A stretch of 64,000 nucleotides of DNA from Candidatus Fervidifonticultor sextus. Lineage in GTDB: Bacteria > Sysuimicrobiota > Sysuimicrobiia > Sysuimicrobiales > Humicultoraceae. The DNA lies in NCBI GenBank assembly GCA_031459875.1, contig JAVKHQ010000015.1:1-64000 (forward strand). The letters are read 5' to 3'. Positions within the stretch are counted from its first letter, which is position 1. Every line of letters begins with the position of its first letter. The position numbers were made by a program, and so were the translations under genes. Positions 29,070-37,810 of the stretch are shown here, in pieces. The notes beneath the pieces were generated by a model, which had not been told where the DNA came from, did no database searches, and worked only from the letters and a program-made list of their open reading frames with translations.

Positions 29070-30500
29070 CTACGTGGCCCCCCATTTCTTCAGGTAGTCG
29101 CCGAAGAGGTCCTCGTCGGTGGGCACGTACTCCTGGACCGGGACGGCCAGCCACGTGTAGTTCAGGAAGTGCCGCCAGTTGATGTTGTCGCTGGTCATAT
29201 TCCCGGCCCACGTCCCGCATCCCAGGCTCTCCGTCCACGGTTGCCCGCACGTCCATCCCCCGCTGTTCATCACGTGGGGCATGTTGCAGATCACGCGGCC
29301 CACCTTCGCCCGCAGGGCCAGTTGCTCCATGCGGTCCGCCCGGGCGGTGTGGATCGAGGCGGAGTGCCCGATCCCCGAGAACTGGAGGATCCGATCGAGA
29401 CGGTCCAGCATCTCGTCGAAGTCCCTCCACCTCCACACGGTCAGGACCAGGCTCAACTTCTCGCCGGAAAACCGGTCCTCGGGGCCGATCTGCTCCCCGA
29501 GCACCATCAAGAACCGCGTGCCGGCGGGGATCGTGATCCCGGCGGCGCCCGCGATGACCTCCACGGCCCTCCCGATCACGTCGCGGTTCAGCGTCCGCCC
29601 GTCGGGCCACAGCGTCGTGCGCAGCCGCTCGCGTTCTTCGGTGGTGCACAGGTACCCGCCCTCGGCCCTGAGGGCCTCCATCATGCGGTCGTAGACGTCC
29701 TCGTGGATGGCGACGGCGTTCTCGGAGGAACACGATGTGGAGTTGTTGGCGGTCTTGGACCGTACGATCTTCTTGGCCGCGGCGACCAGATCGGCGGTCT
29801 CGTCCACGATGGACACCACGTTGCCCGCGCCCACAGTGTGGGCCGGCTTGCCGGCCGCGTAGACCACCTTGACCAGGGCGGCGCCCCCCGTGGCCACCAC
29901 GAAGTCCACGTGGCGCATCAACTCCTGGGTCTTCTCGTTGGAGGGGTTCCGGATGCACTGGAACAGGTCGGGCGGCGCCCCGATGCGCGCCAGGGCGCGC
30001 CGCCCGATCTCCACGGTCTCGAAGGACGTGCGTCGGGTCCGGGGATGGGGGGAGCAGATCATGGCGTTCCTGGTCTTCAGCAGGCTGAGGCCGATGGTGC
30101 AGACCGTCCCCTCCGGGTTGGTCATGGGGACGACGTTGGCCACCACGCCGATGGGTTTGGCGTAGATCTTCAGGCCCCGGTCCGGGTCCTCGCGCACCAG
30201 CCCGCAGGTCTTCGCCCCGCGGAAGTCCCAGAGGGTCCCCCGGACTTTGTTCCGGACCTTGTTGACCTTGTCCTCGTAGACCCCGATCTTGCCTTCTTCG
30301 ACGGCCAGCGCCGCCACGGCCCGGGCGTTGGCTTCCTTCTGCCACTCCCACCCCACGGCGGCGACCATCTCGTCCACCTGTTCCTGGGACCAGTGCTCGA
30401 TGGTCTCGAAGGCCCGTCTGGCCCGCCGGTACATCTCCTGGATGTCGTCCTCGGGGGCCTCTGCGGCATGCGTCTCTGTAGCGTCCCTAGGCAGCGTCAT
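29070..30500 (-). CDS. CoA-acylating aldehyde dehydrogenase (SauS/EutE-like)
   Basis: PMTNP, VATGG, GAGN, SKTANNSTSCSSEN, SGEKLS, LGCGTWAGN..SDNINWRHFLN. Confidence 0.85.
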   Translation of the reverse strand: MTLPRDATETHAAEAPEDDIQEMYRRARRAFETIEHWSQEQVDEMVAAVGWEWQKEANARAVAALAVEEGKIGVYEDKVNKVRNKVRGTLWDFRGAKTCGLVREDPDRGLKIYAKPIGVVANVVPMTNPEGTVCTIGLSLLKTRNAMICSPHPRTRRTSFETVEIGRRALARIGAPPDLFQCIRNPSNEKTQELMRHVDFVVATGGAALVKVVYAAGKPAHTVGAGNVVSIVDETADLVAAAKKIVRSKTANNSTSCSSENAVAIHEDVYDRMMEALRAEGGYLCTTEERERLRTTLWPDGRTLNRDVIGRAVEVIAGAAGITIPAGTRFLMVLGEQIGPEDRFSGEKLSLVLTVWRWRDFDEMLDRLDRILQFSGIGHSASIHTARADRMEQLALRAKVGRVICNMPHVMNSGGWTCGQPWTESLGCGTWAGNMTSDNINWRHFLNYTWLAVPVQEYVPTDEDLFGDYLKKWGAT

Positions 30501-31348
30501 GAGGTGCGATCCTCCGGTTTCGGAACGGGTCGGTCCGGGATTCCATCGTAGTACCTGGGGCCCTGGAGGGAAAGGTCGAGGAGGTTCACCATCTTCGTGG
30601 ACGTCGACGCCCGCCAGGCCTTCTCGCGGGTCATCTCTTCGATGGCGTGGGCGGCGCAGCTGAACCCCCGGCAGAGAACACCGATCGCCCAGGCCGCCAG
30701 CGGGCTGAACCCCATGTCCATGAAGACCGAATTGGCACCACCGATGACGTTGGTGTAGACCCGTTTGCCGTTGATCCGCTCATAGGCTTTCTCGACCTCG
30801 ATCTGCAGGTCGTGGAACCATCCGGTCAGCCCCAGTTCCCGGGCCTTCTTCATGATGCGGATGGCCCGCGGGTCGCCGTGGACGTGCTGGGGCTGCCCCA
30901 GGCCCATGATCCGCCGGCCCGCGTGTTCCTTCACGAGGATCTCAGCCGTCTGCTCTACGGTCCAGCCGGCTTCCTGAGCCCGCCGCCGGTACTCGTGGAC
31001 CATCATGCCGTGCAGGTGGCCGGGGCCGTGGGCCTCGCCGAACGTCATGATTCCGGCCGCGATGGCCGCGTTCAGCGGGGGGCGCCCGGCGGCGCAGCTG
31101 CGCGCCGTGAGCGTGGACGGCGACATGGCGTGTTCCATGAACTCCACCATGAAGAAGTTCATCATCTTCTCTTCGTTGATGGAGGGGAGGCGGCCCTGAA
31201 AGAGGAGGAAGACCGCGGCCGCGAAACTCCACCCCGCTTCGGCCAGTTCCGTCGTGTCGTATCCGTGCAGGACGATCCTGTCGGCGGTCTTGTACGAAAT
31301 GGCACTCTGCCAGTGAAACGGCTCGCGCTCGGTGGTGACCTCATCCAT
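30497..31348 (-). CDS. Citrate synthase-fold protein (citryl-CoA lyase-like) with altered active site
   Basis: W.SAIS, EHAMSPST, HGPG, GLGQPQH..DPRA, NVIG, AHAIEE; ATGA overlap with the ALDH gene. Confidence 0.75.
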   Translation of the reverse strand: MDEVTTEREPFHWQSAISYKTADRIVLHGYDTTELAEAGWSFAAAVFLLFQGRLPSINEEKMMNFFMVEFMEHAMSPSTLTARSCAAGRPPLNAAIAAGIMTFGEAHGPGHLHGMMVHEYRRRAQEAGWTVEQTAEILVKEHAGRRIMGLGQPQHVHGDPRAIRIMKKARELGLTGWFHDLQIEVEKAYERINGKRVYTNVIGGANSVFMDMGFSPLAAWAIGVLCRGFSCAAHAIEEMTREKAWRASTSTKMVNLLDLSLQGPRYYDGIPDRPVPKPEDRTS

Positions 31349-31433
31349 CTCGTCTCGCTTCTCCTTTGCTGGATGTCGTCCGGTCCTCTTGGGATGCTCT
31401 GCGACCGCTCCGCTTCGGGCGGGCGGTGTCCGG

Positions 31434-32006
31434 TCAGCTCGGCGTGCGCTCCACCTCCTCTCCGGCCGCATGGGGGAAGGCGATGCCCAGTTCCTGCATC
31501 GTCCTCCGGCACCGTTCCAGACGTGCCCCTCCGGTCGGCAGCCCGTGGAGGTAGCCGTCCAGGGCGTCGGCGTCCTTGAGGAGTTCCGCCAGGGAATCGT
31601 CCGATGTGACGCCTTTCTCGCTGTGCCTGGCCACGGCCTCCAGAATCCGGGACAGCTCCTCGTCGGTGATCGGAGGCAGGCCCGCCGCCAGGTCCCTGTG
31701 GTACCTGGCCAGGAACTCCCGAATGTGGGTTTCGGCCACTGCGGCGTGATCCGCCCGCCTCCCGGTCATGACGGTCCCCAGGTCGTGGAGCGCGGCGGCG
31801 ATGCCGGCGAGTTCGGGGTCGAGCCCGCGGCGCATCGCCAGCAGTTTGGCCAGTTGCGAGCTCGAATACATGTGCATGATGCTCCAGCGTACCGGCAGCT
31901 CACGGTCGCGGTCGCTGAGGTCCCTCATGACCGCCAGCAGTCCCGAGAGGATCCGGTTGAGCCTCCTGACGGCGAGCCGGGCGGGGGGTGATGACGGGTC
32001 CTGCAT
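31434..32006 (-). CDS. HD domain phosphohydrolase
   Basis: H..S, AALHDLG, DHA, RHS, LKDADALD; SD GAGGAG. Confidence 0.85.
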   Translation of the reverse strand: MQDPSSPPARLAVRRLNRILSGLLAVMRDLSDRDRELPVRWSIMHMYSSSQLAKLLAMRRGLDPELAGIAAALHDLGTVMTGRRADHAAVAETHIREFLARYHRDLAAGLPPITDEELSRILEAVARHSEKGVTSDDSLAELLKDADALDGYLHGLPTGGARLERCRRTMQELGIAFPHAAGEEVERTPS

Positions 32007-32062
32007 CGTTTGTCTCCTCGACGGTCGCCCGCATTATGCAGGTCAGCCGCTCATAATGTCAA

Positions 32063-32098
32063 ATAAGATAATCTTGGAAATTCATTAGATTTTCTGAA
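32063..32098. promoter_or_regulatory. Putative LysR-type operator in divergent promoter
   Basis: AT-rich patch with TTAG-ATTTT-CTGA (T-N11-A) and ATAAG-N5-CTTGG 21 bp apart, between the HD gene and lysR. Confidence 0.5.
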
Positions 32099-32124
32099 AT
32101 CGGCGGACGTGGGGGTGACTCCGG

Positions 32125-33081
32125 ATGGGCGTCGGACGTCGGAGGCCGGGCCGGGACCTTCCCTTGGGGTCGCTGCGGACGTTTCACCTGGTTGCGGCCC
32201 ACCAGAGCTTTAGCGCGGCCGCGGCTCACCTGGGGATCACGCAGCCGGCCGTCACGCAGCAGATCCGGCGCCTGGAGGAGGCGCTGGGGGTCCAGCTCTT
32301 CTACCGGGACGGTCGGAGGGTGGCCCTGACCGAGGTGGGCCTGACCCTCGAATCCTACGCCGGGCGCATCTTTCACCTGGTGGATGCCGCCCGGGACGCG
32401 CTGGAGGGCGCATCAGGCCTCCAGACTGGCCACCTGCGTGTGGGCGCCAGCCGCACCGCGGGCGCCTACTACGTGGCCGCCCTGCTGGACCGGTTCAAAC
32501 GGCGTTACCCGGGGGTCCGGGTCAGCCTCTCGGTGGGGAACTCCCAGACGATTCTGGCCGGCATCCAGGACTTCACCTTTCACGTCGGCCTTGTCGCCGG
32601 CGCCCCCGACGACCCGCGGCTGGCCTCGCTGCCTGTGATCCGCGACCGCATGGTGGTCGTCGTCCCGCGGGGGCACCGGCTGGCCGGTCGGCGCCGCCTG
32701 GCGGTGGAAGATCTGGTGGGGTGTCCGCTGGTCATGCGCGAGCCGGGGTCGAACACCCGCTCCCTCGCTGAGCGCGCCTTCCAGGCCCGCGGCGTGGCGG
32801 CGGACCCGGCGATGGAACTGGAGAGCAACGACGCCATCAAGCGCGCCGTGGCCGACGGCATCGGGATCGCGCTGATGGCCCGGGCGGCGGTGGCCCAGGA
32901 CCTGGCCAGCGGGCGCCTGGTGGCCCGTCCGCTCCAGCCACCGCTGTACCTGGACTTCTCCCTGGTCTACCACCGCGATCGGCTGCCCTCACCCTTGCTG
33001 GCGGCCTTCCTGGCGCTGCTGCCGAAGCGTGCCGCGCGAGCCGGGCAGGGGAAGGCGCCGTCGCACCTCGTGGTAGACTAG
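32125..33081 (+). CDS. LysR family transcriptional regulator
   Basis: SFSAAAAHLGITQPAVTQQIRRLE, LFYR, MREPGSNTR (CysL/YeiE-like). Confidence 0.93.
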   Translation: MGVGRRRPGRDLPLGSLRTFHLVAAHQSFSAAAAHLGITQPAVTQQIRRLEEALGVQLFYRDGRRVALTEVGLTLESYAGRIFHLVDAARDALEGASGLQTGHLRVGASRTAGAYYVAALLDRFKRRYPGVRVSLSVGNSQTILAGIQDFTFHVGLVAGAPDDPRLASLPVIRDRMVVVVPRGHRLAGRRRLAVEDLVGCPLVMREPGSNTRSLAERAFQARGVAADPAMELESNDAIKRAVADGIGIALMARAAVAQDLASGRLVARPLQPPLYLDFSLVYHRDRLPSPLLAAFLALLPKRAARAGQGKAPSHLVVD

Positions 33082-33110
33082 AGGTGGATCGACCGAAGGG
33101 AGGAGTGCGT

Positions 33111-34421
33111 ATGGGTCGACCGCCATGGTGGGGCGTCTTGCTCGTCCTCCTGCTCTTGGTCGCCGGGCTTCCAGGAGCGTTCGCCCAACCCAAGACCACG
33201 ATCACGATCTGGTATCCGGCTGGCGATATCACCGCCAGCGCGTTTCATTTCCGCGATCCGACCCTGTTCCTGCCGTTCGAAGTCGCCCACAACGTCAAGG
33301 TGGAACCCGTGGCGCTGGTCTACGACACGATGCAGCAGAAGATCTTCGCGGCGGCTGCGGCCAGAGATGTCGCGGACATTCTCTTCGTGGACCAGTCGTG
33401 GGTACCGGGATTCCTCAAAGAGGACATGCTGGAGCCGGTGGACCCCGCCAAGGCCAGGCGGTGGCTGGACTCGGTGTCCCCGGAGATGGTGGAGCTGTCC
33501 GATTACGGCGGCGGGAAGATGTTTGGCTACCCCCAGTACGGCATCGACGTCTACGGGATCACGTGGAACAAGGCCCACTTCCGCGAGGCCGGGTTGGATC
33601 CCGAGCGGCCGCCCCAGACGTGGGATGAGCTGCGCGACTACGCCAAGCGGCTGACCGTCCGTGACGCGGCCGGGAACATCACCCGGGTCGGGTACGCCAT
33701 TCGACACGTCGGGCATCCCCACGGCGTGGTGCACAAGCACCTATGGGCGATCTGGGCGGCCGGCGCCGATCTGGTGGACAACCCGCTGGCTCTCAAGGGC
33801 GGCCAGCCCAAGTTCAACAACCCTGCCGGTCGCGCGGCCCTCAAGCTCGTCCATGACATGATCTACGTGGACCGCTCGACGAGCCTGGCCTTCCCCGACC
33901 CGCGCGCGGCCTTCCTGCGGGGCATCGCCTCGATGCAGATCAGCGAGACCGTCAGCATCCGCGCCCGCCAGCCCCGCGAGGCGCCCGGCATGCCGTGGGG
34001 GACGGGATGGGGCACGGCCCTGCCGCCGGTGCCCAAGGCCGGCATGAGGCCGGTGACCAACCTCAACGCATGGATGTACACCGTACCCAGGCAGGCCAGG
34101 AACAAGGAGCTGGCCTGGAGGCTGATCGAGTGGGTCAACAGCGAGATCAAGGACTATGAGCTGGCCAAGCGGTTCGAGGCGACCCCGCGCTTCAAGGCCA
34201 ACTGGGCCAAGGAACCGTTCAAGTCCGACTCCTACGCCCAGACCCTCCTGAAGATGTACCCCTATGGCCGCAAGTACCCCATCAACCTGGGCCTCAACGG
34301 CATCATGGACGCGCTGGGCGCCGCGATTCAGAACGCCTGGCACAACCGCATGTCCATCGAGGAGGCGCTTGCCCTGGCCGACCGCCAGGCCCGGCAGGCC
34401 ATTCTTGACGCTGCCAAGTAG
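33111..34421 (+). CDS. Sugar ABC transporter extracellular solute-binding protein (family 1)
   Basis: Signal peptide, WNK.HF.EAGLDP..PPQTWDEL, AFLRG.ASM; SD GGAGG. Confidence 0.85.
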   Translation: MGRPPWWGVLLVLLLLVAGLPGAFAQPKTTITIWYPAGDITASAFHFRDPTLFLPFEVAHNVKVEPVALVYDTMQQKIFAAAAARDVADILFVDQSWVPGFLKEDMLEPVDPAKARRWLDSVSPEMVELSDYGGGKMFGYPQYGIDVYGITWNKAHFREAGLDPERPPQTWDELRDYAKRLTVRDAAGNITRVGYAIRHVGHPHGVVHKHLWAIWAAGADLVDNPLALKGGQPKFNNPAGRAALKLVHDMIYVDRSTSLAFPDPRAAFLRGIASMQISETVSIRARQPREAPGMPWGTGWGTALPPVPKAGMRPVTNLNAWMYTVPRQARNKELAWRLIEWVNSEIKDYELAKRFEATPRFKANWAKEPFKSDSYAQTLLKMYPYGRKYPINLGLNGIMDALGAAIQNAWHNRMSIEEALALADRQARQAILDAAK

Positions 34422-35376
34422 CCCTGCCGGGCGCCTTGCCCCCCGCCTGTCCCGCGGAGCGACCCCCGGGGCAGGCGGGGGCGTCAGCAGGGTCCTCCGC
34501 CGAGCCTACCGTCGGCACTACTTCCACGCCTACCTGTTTGTCGCCCCGGTGCTGATTGCGTTTGGGCTGTTCCGGGTCTGGCCCGCTGTGCAGACGCTCT
34601 ACTTCAGTCTCTTCAAAGTCGAGCTGCTGCGGGGCCAGCTGACATTTGTCGGATTGCAGAACTTCGCCGATCTGGTGGGGGACGCGATCTTCCGGCAGGC
34701 GTTTGTCAACACCGTCATCTACGCGGCGGTCATCGTCCCCGTGGCGGCCGGCCTCGGATTGGGGCTGGCGGTCCTGTGCCACGAACCGTTCCGCGGCCGG
34801 GAGGTCCTCAAGGCCATCTACTTTGCCCCGATGGTGACCAGCACCGTCGCGGCGGCCATGGTCTGGTGGTGGCTCTACAACCCGCAGTACGGCCTCTTCA
34901 ACGTGTTCCTTCGGCTGCTGCACCTGCCGACGTCTTCGTGGTTGCTGTCCAGCACCATGGCCCTGCCTTCGATCATCCTCTTCAGTGTCTGGAAGACGCT
35001 GGGCTACAACATGGTGATCTACCTGGCAGGGCTCCAGGGAGTACCCCAGGAGTTCTACGAGGTGGCGACCCTCGACGGCGCCGGGGCCTGGCAGCGGTTC
35101 TGGCGCATCACGCTCCCGCTGCTGGCGCCGGTCACGGCCTTCATCCTCATCTACAACGGGATCTTCGCCTTTCAGGTCTTCGACCAGGTGTTCGTGCTCA
35201 CGGGGGGCGGCCCGGCCAACTCCACCAACGTGGTGGTCCTGGAACTGTACCGGCAGGCGTTCCAGCGATACCGGTTCGGTTATGCCTCGGCTCAGGCCAT
35301 GGTGCTCTTCCTGTTGATCCTCGGCATCACGCTCCTGCAGTTCCGCGTGAGCCGCCGGTACGAGGTGACCTACTGA
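34405..35376 (+). CDS. Carbohydrate ABC transporter permease (start codon uncertain)
   Basis: FVGLQNF, LAGLQGVPQEFYEVATLDGA (EAA loop), LTGGGPANST; nearest in-frame starts are TTG 34405 and GTG 34549. Confidence 0.88.
   Translation: MTLPSSPAGRLAPRLSRGATPGAGGGVSRVLRRAYRRHYFHAYLFVAPVLIAFGLFRVWPAVQTLYFSLFKVELLRGQLTFVGLQNFADLVGDAIFRQAFVNTVIYAAVIVPVAAGLGLGLAVLCHEPFRGREVLKAIYFAPMVTSTVAAAMVWWWLYNPQYGLFNVFLRLLHLPTSSWLLSSTMALPSIILFSVWKTLGYNMVIYLAGLQGVPQEFYEVATLDGAGAWQRFWRITLPLLAPVTAFILIYNGIFAFQVFDQVFVLTGGGPANSTNVVVLELYRQAFQRYRFGYASAQAMVLFLLILGITLLQFRVSRRYEVTY
34440..34481 (+). other. Strong intercistronic hairpin after the SBP gene
   Basis: CCCCCGCCTGTCCC / GGGGCAGGCGGGGG, 14-bp stem with no U tract. 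Confidence 0.6.
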
Positions 35377-36197
35377 TGGCGCGTCTGGCAGGACGCGCGA
35401 TGGTCGTCGTGGTCCTGGCAGGCGGGGCCGTCGTCATGATCCTGCCCTTCTACTGGATGCTCGTGACGGCCGTCAGCCCGGCGCCGGAGATCACCGCCTT
35501 CCCGCCCCGCTGGGTCCCCAGCCGGATCGTCTGGGACCACTTCCGGGAGGCCTGGACGACCGCCCCCTGGCCGGTCTACTACAAGAACAGCGCGGTGGTG
35601 GCCGTCGTCTCGGTGGGCTGCTCGATGTTCTTCGGACTATTCGCCGGCTACGCGTTCGCGGTCTACTCGTTCCCGCTCCAGACCCCCCTTTTTCTCCTCA
35701 TCCTCGGCACCCTGATGGTCCCCGTCCAGGTGACGAGCGTCGCCCTCTATGTGTTGCTGGCCCGCTGGGGGCTGGTGGACACCTACACCGGGATCCTCGC
35801 GCCGAACCTGGCCAGCGCGTTTGCGGTCTTCCTGATCCGTCAGGCGATCCGGTCGATTCCCATCGACCTGGTGGATGCGGCGCGCATGGACGGCGCCGGC
35901 GAGGTCCGGATCGTGCTCGGCATCGTGGCGCCCCTGATCAAGCCGGTGCTGGCCGCCGTGGCGATGATCCTCTTCCTCAACAGCTGGAACGACTTCCTCT
36001 GGCCGGTCATTGTGATCAACTCGGAGCACATGCGGACCCTGCCGGTGGGCATCGCGCTCTTCAAGGACCCGTACGGGTTCATCAACTACGGCCCGTTAAT
36101 GGCGGCCACGGTGATCGCCGTCGCGCCCATGCTGGCAGCCTACGCCCTCTCGCAGCGTTTCATGATCCGCGGGGTGGCCCTCACCGGCATGAAGTAG
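35376..36197 (+). CDS. Carbohydrate ABC transporter permease
   Basis: PFYWM, IPIDLVDAARMDGA, WNDFLWP, TLPVGI; TGATG overlap. Confidence 0.9.
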   Translation: MARLAGRAMVVVVLAGGAVVMILPFYWMLVTAVSPAPEITAFPPRWVPSRIVWDHFREAWTTAPWPVYYKNSAVVAVVSVGCSMFFGLFAGYAFAVYSFPLQTPLFLLILGTLMVPVQVTSVALYVLLARWGLVDTYTGILAPNLASAFAVFLIRQAIRSIPIDLVDAARMDGAGEVRIVLGIVAPLIKPVLAAVAMILFLNSWNDFLWPVIVINSEHMRTLPVGIALFKDPYGFINYGPLMAATVIAVAPMLAAYALSQRFMIRGVALTGMK

Positions 36198-36248
36198 CCG
36201 TCGGGTGCGGCCGTCTCACATCCCAACGAAGCGGGGCTGCGCGGGCGC

Positions 36249-36719
36249 CTACTTGGAGTGCTTGTCGGCGACCTTGGTGGCGCCGTAGGCGTCGGGCTTG
36301 ATGACCGCGGCGTAGCCGCTGCCGGAGACCATCCCGACGACTTCGCGGATGATCCGCTTGGTCTCGCCGTTGGGGCCCACGTCCAGGTGGATCTCCACCG
36401 GCAGCTTGGAATAGCCGTTGCGGGCCAGCTCGGTGGTGATCATGTGGGCCGTCTCAAGCGAGAGCGACGTCTCGAACAGGATCCGCTGCCGCAGGCTCTC
36501 GATCTTGCGGTTCCGGAACTTCCGGTAGAAGTACCGGCCGCCGTGGCCGACCCGGTGGACGATGACCGCGGTCACGAAGCTGGTATCATCCGACAGCAGG
36601 GAGTCGGTGCCGATGATCAAATGGTAGGTCTGGTCGGGCTCGCTCTTCATGTACCCGACCAGTTGGCGGAACATCTGCTCGAATGTCAGTCTGCCCTGCG
36701 TTGGGCTGACGAACTCCAT
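36249..36719 (-). CDS. Ribonuclease H-like YkuK family protein
   Basis: IIGTDS, GGRYFY, EIHLDVG.NG.T, IKPDAYGATKVAD. Confidence 0.88.
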   Translation of the reverse strand: MEFVSPTQGRLTFEQMFRQLVGYMKSEPDQTYHLIIGTDSLLSDDTSFVTAVIVHRVGHGGRYFYRKFRNRKIESLRQRILFETSLSLETAHMITTELARNGYSKLPVEIHLDVGPNGETKRIIREVVGMVSGSGYAAVIKPDAYGATKVADKHSK

Positions 36720-36819
36720 GCTGGTCGCCTCGCCGTTTCAGTATACTGCGCGTCCGTCTCGACAAACAAGGTGCGAGCGGCGAGCGCGAACAGGACGGTG
36801 CAGGAGGTCCCCCGCCTTC

Positions 36820-37416
36820 CTACAGATCCCGCCGGCCCTCCAGCGCCCGGGCCAGCGTCACCTCGTCGGCATATTCCAGGTCTCCCCCGACCGGCAGGCC
36901 GTGGGCGATGCGCGTCACCCGGACGCCGAGCGGTTTGAGCACGCGCGCCAGGTAGATCGCCGTCGCCTCGCCCTCGACCCGGGGGTTGGTGGCGATGATC
37001 ACCTCGCGGACCGTTCCGGACTGCACGCGGGTCAGCAGGTCGGGGATCTTGAGATCATCAGGGCCGACCCCATCCAGGGGAGAGATAGCCCCGTGGAGGA
37101 CATGATAGCGCCCCCGGAACTCCCGCGTGCGCTCCAGGGCGATGACGTCGCGCGGATCCTCGACGACACACAGGACGCCGGCGTCCCTGGCCGGGTCCGC
37201 GCAGATGGCGCACGGATCCACATCGGTGATGGTGAAGCACGTGGAGCAGTACCGCATCCGGGCTTTGACGTCCAGGATGGCGTCCGCCAGCGCCCGGACC
37301 TCCTCGGGCGGCAACCGCAGAATGTAGAAGGCCAGCCGCTGCGCCGTCTTGGGCCCCACGGTGGGCATCTTGGAGAGTTCGTCGATCAGGCGGGCGAGCG
37401 GCTCCGGGTAGTCCAT
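36820..37416 (-). CDS. recR: Recombination mediator RecR
   Basis: [14 protein letters not shown]4 zinc finger, [32 protein letters not shown]. Confidence 0.97.
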   Translation of the reverse strand: MDYPEPLARLIDELSKMPTVGPKTAQRLAFYILRLPPEEVRALADAILDVKARMRYCSTCFTITDVDPCAICADPARDAGVLCVVEDPRDVIALERTREFRGRYHVLHGAISPLDGVGPDDLKIPDLLTRVQSGTVREVIIATNPRVEGEATAIYLARVLKPLGVRVTRIAHGLPVGGDLEYADEVTLARALEGRRDL

Positions 37417-37446
37417 ACGCGTCGGACAGGCGGCGGTCGGCGCCGC

Positions 37447-37770
37447 TCAGGGGCCCAGCAGGCCGGGCATCTGGAGTCCGCCGGCAATCTGGCGCATGCG
37501 GCGCTCGGCCAGCGCGCGGGCGTTGCGCTGGGCCTCGTTGACGGCGGCCAGCACCAGATCGGCCAGGAGCGCCACATCGGCTGGGTCCACCACGGACGGG
37601 TCGATGTGCAGCTCCAGTAGTTCGCCGTGGCCGTTGGCGACCGCACGGACAACGCCGCCCCCGGCGGAGGCCTCGAGCTTCTCGGCAGCCAGTTCCTCCT
37701 GGATGCGGGCCATCTCGGCCTGCATTTTCTGCGCCTGCTTCAGCATCTTGTTCACATCGCCCATCCGCAC
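37447..37770 (-). CDS. YbaB/EbfC nucleoid-associated protein
   Basis: LKQAQKMQ..Q, SAGGGVV, DLVLAAVNEA; SD GGAGGAGG before GTG. Confidence 0.92.
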   Translation of the reverse strand: MRMGDVNKMLKQAQKMQAEMARIQEELAAEKLEASAGGGVVRAVANGHGELLELHIDPSVVDPADVALLADLVLAAVNEAQRNARALAERRMRQIAGGLQMPGLLGP

Positions 37771-37810
37771 GGGCGTGCCTCCTCCAGCACAGGGGCGCGA
37801 GACCGGCGCG

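Noticed and set aside
31434..32006. HD protein as a PhnZ C-P-cleaving oxygenase
   Set aside because: Only generic HD motifs are visible; I cannot see PhnZ-specific features.
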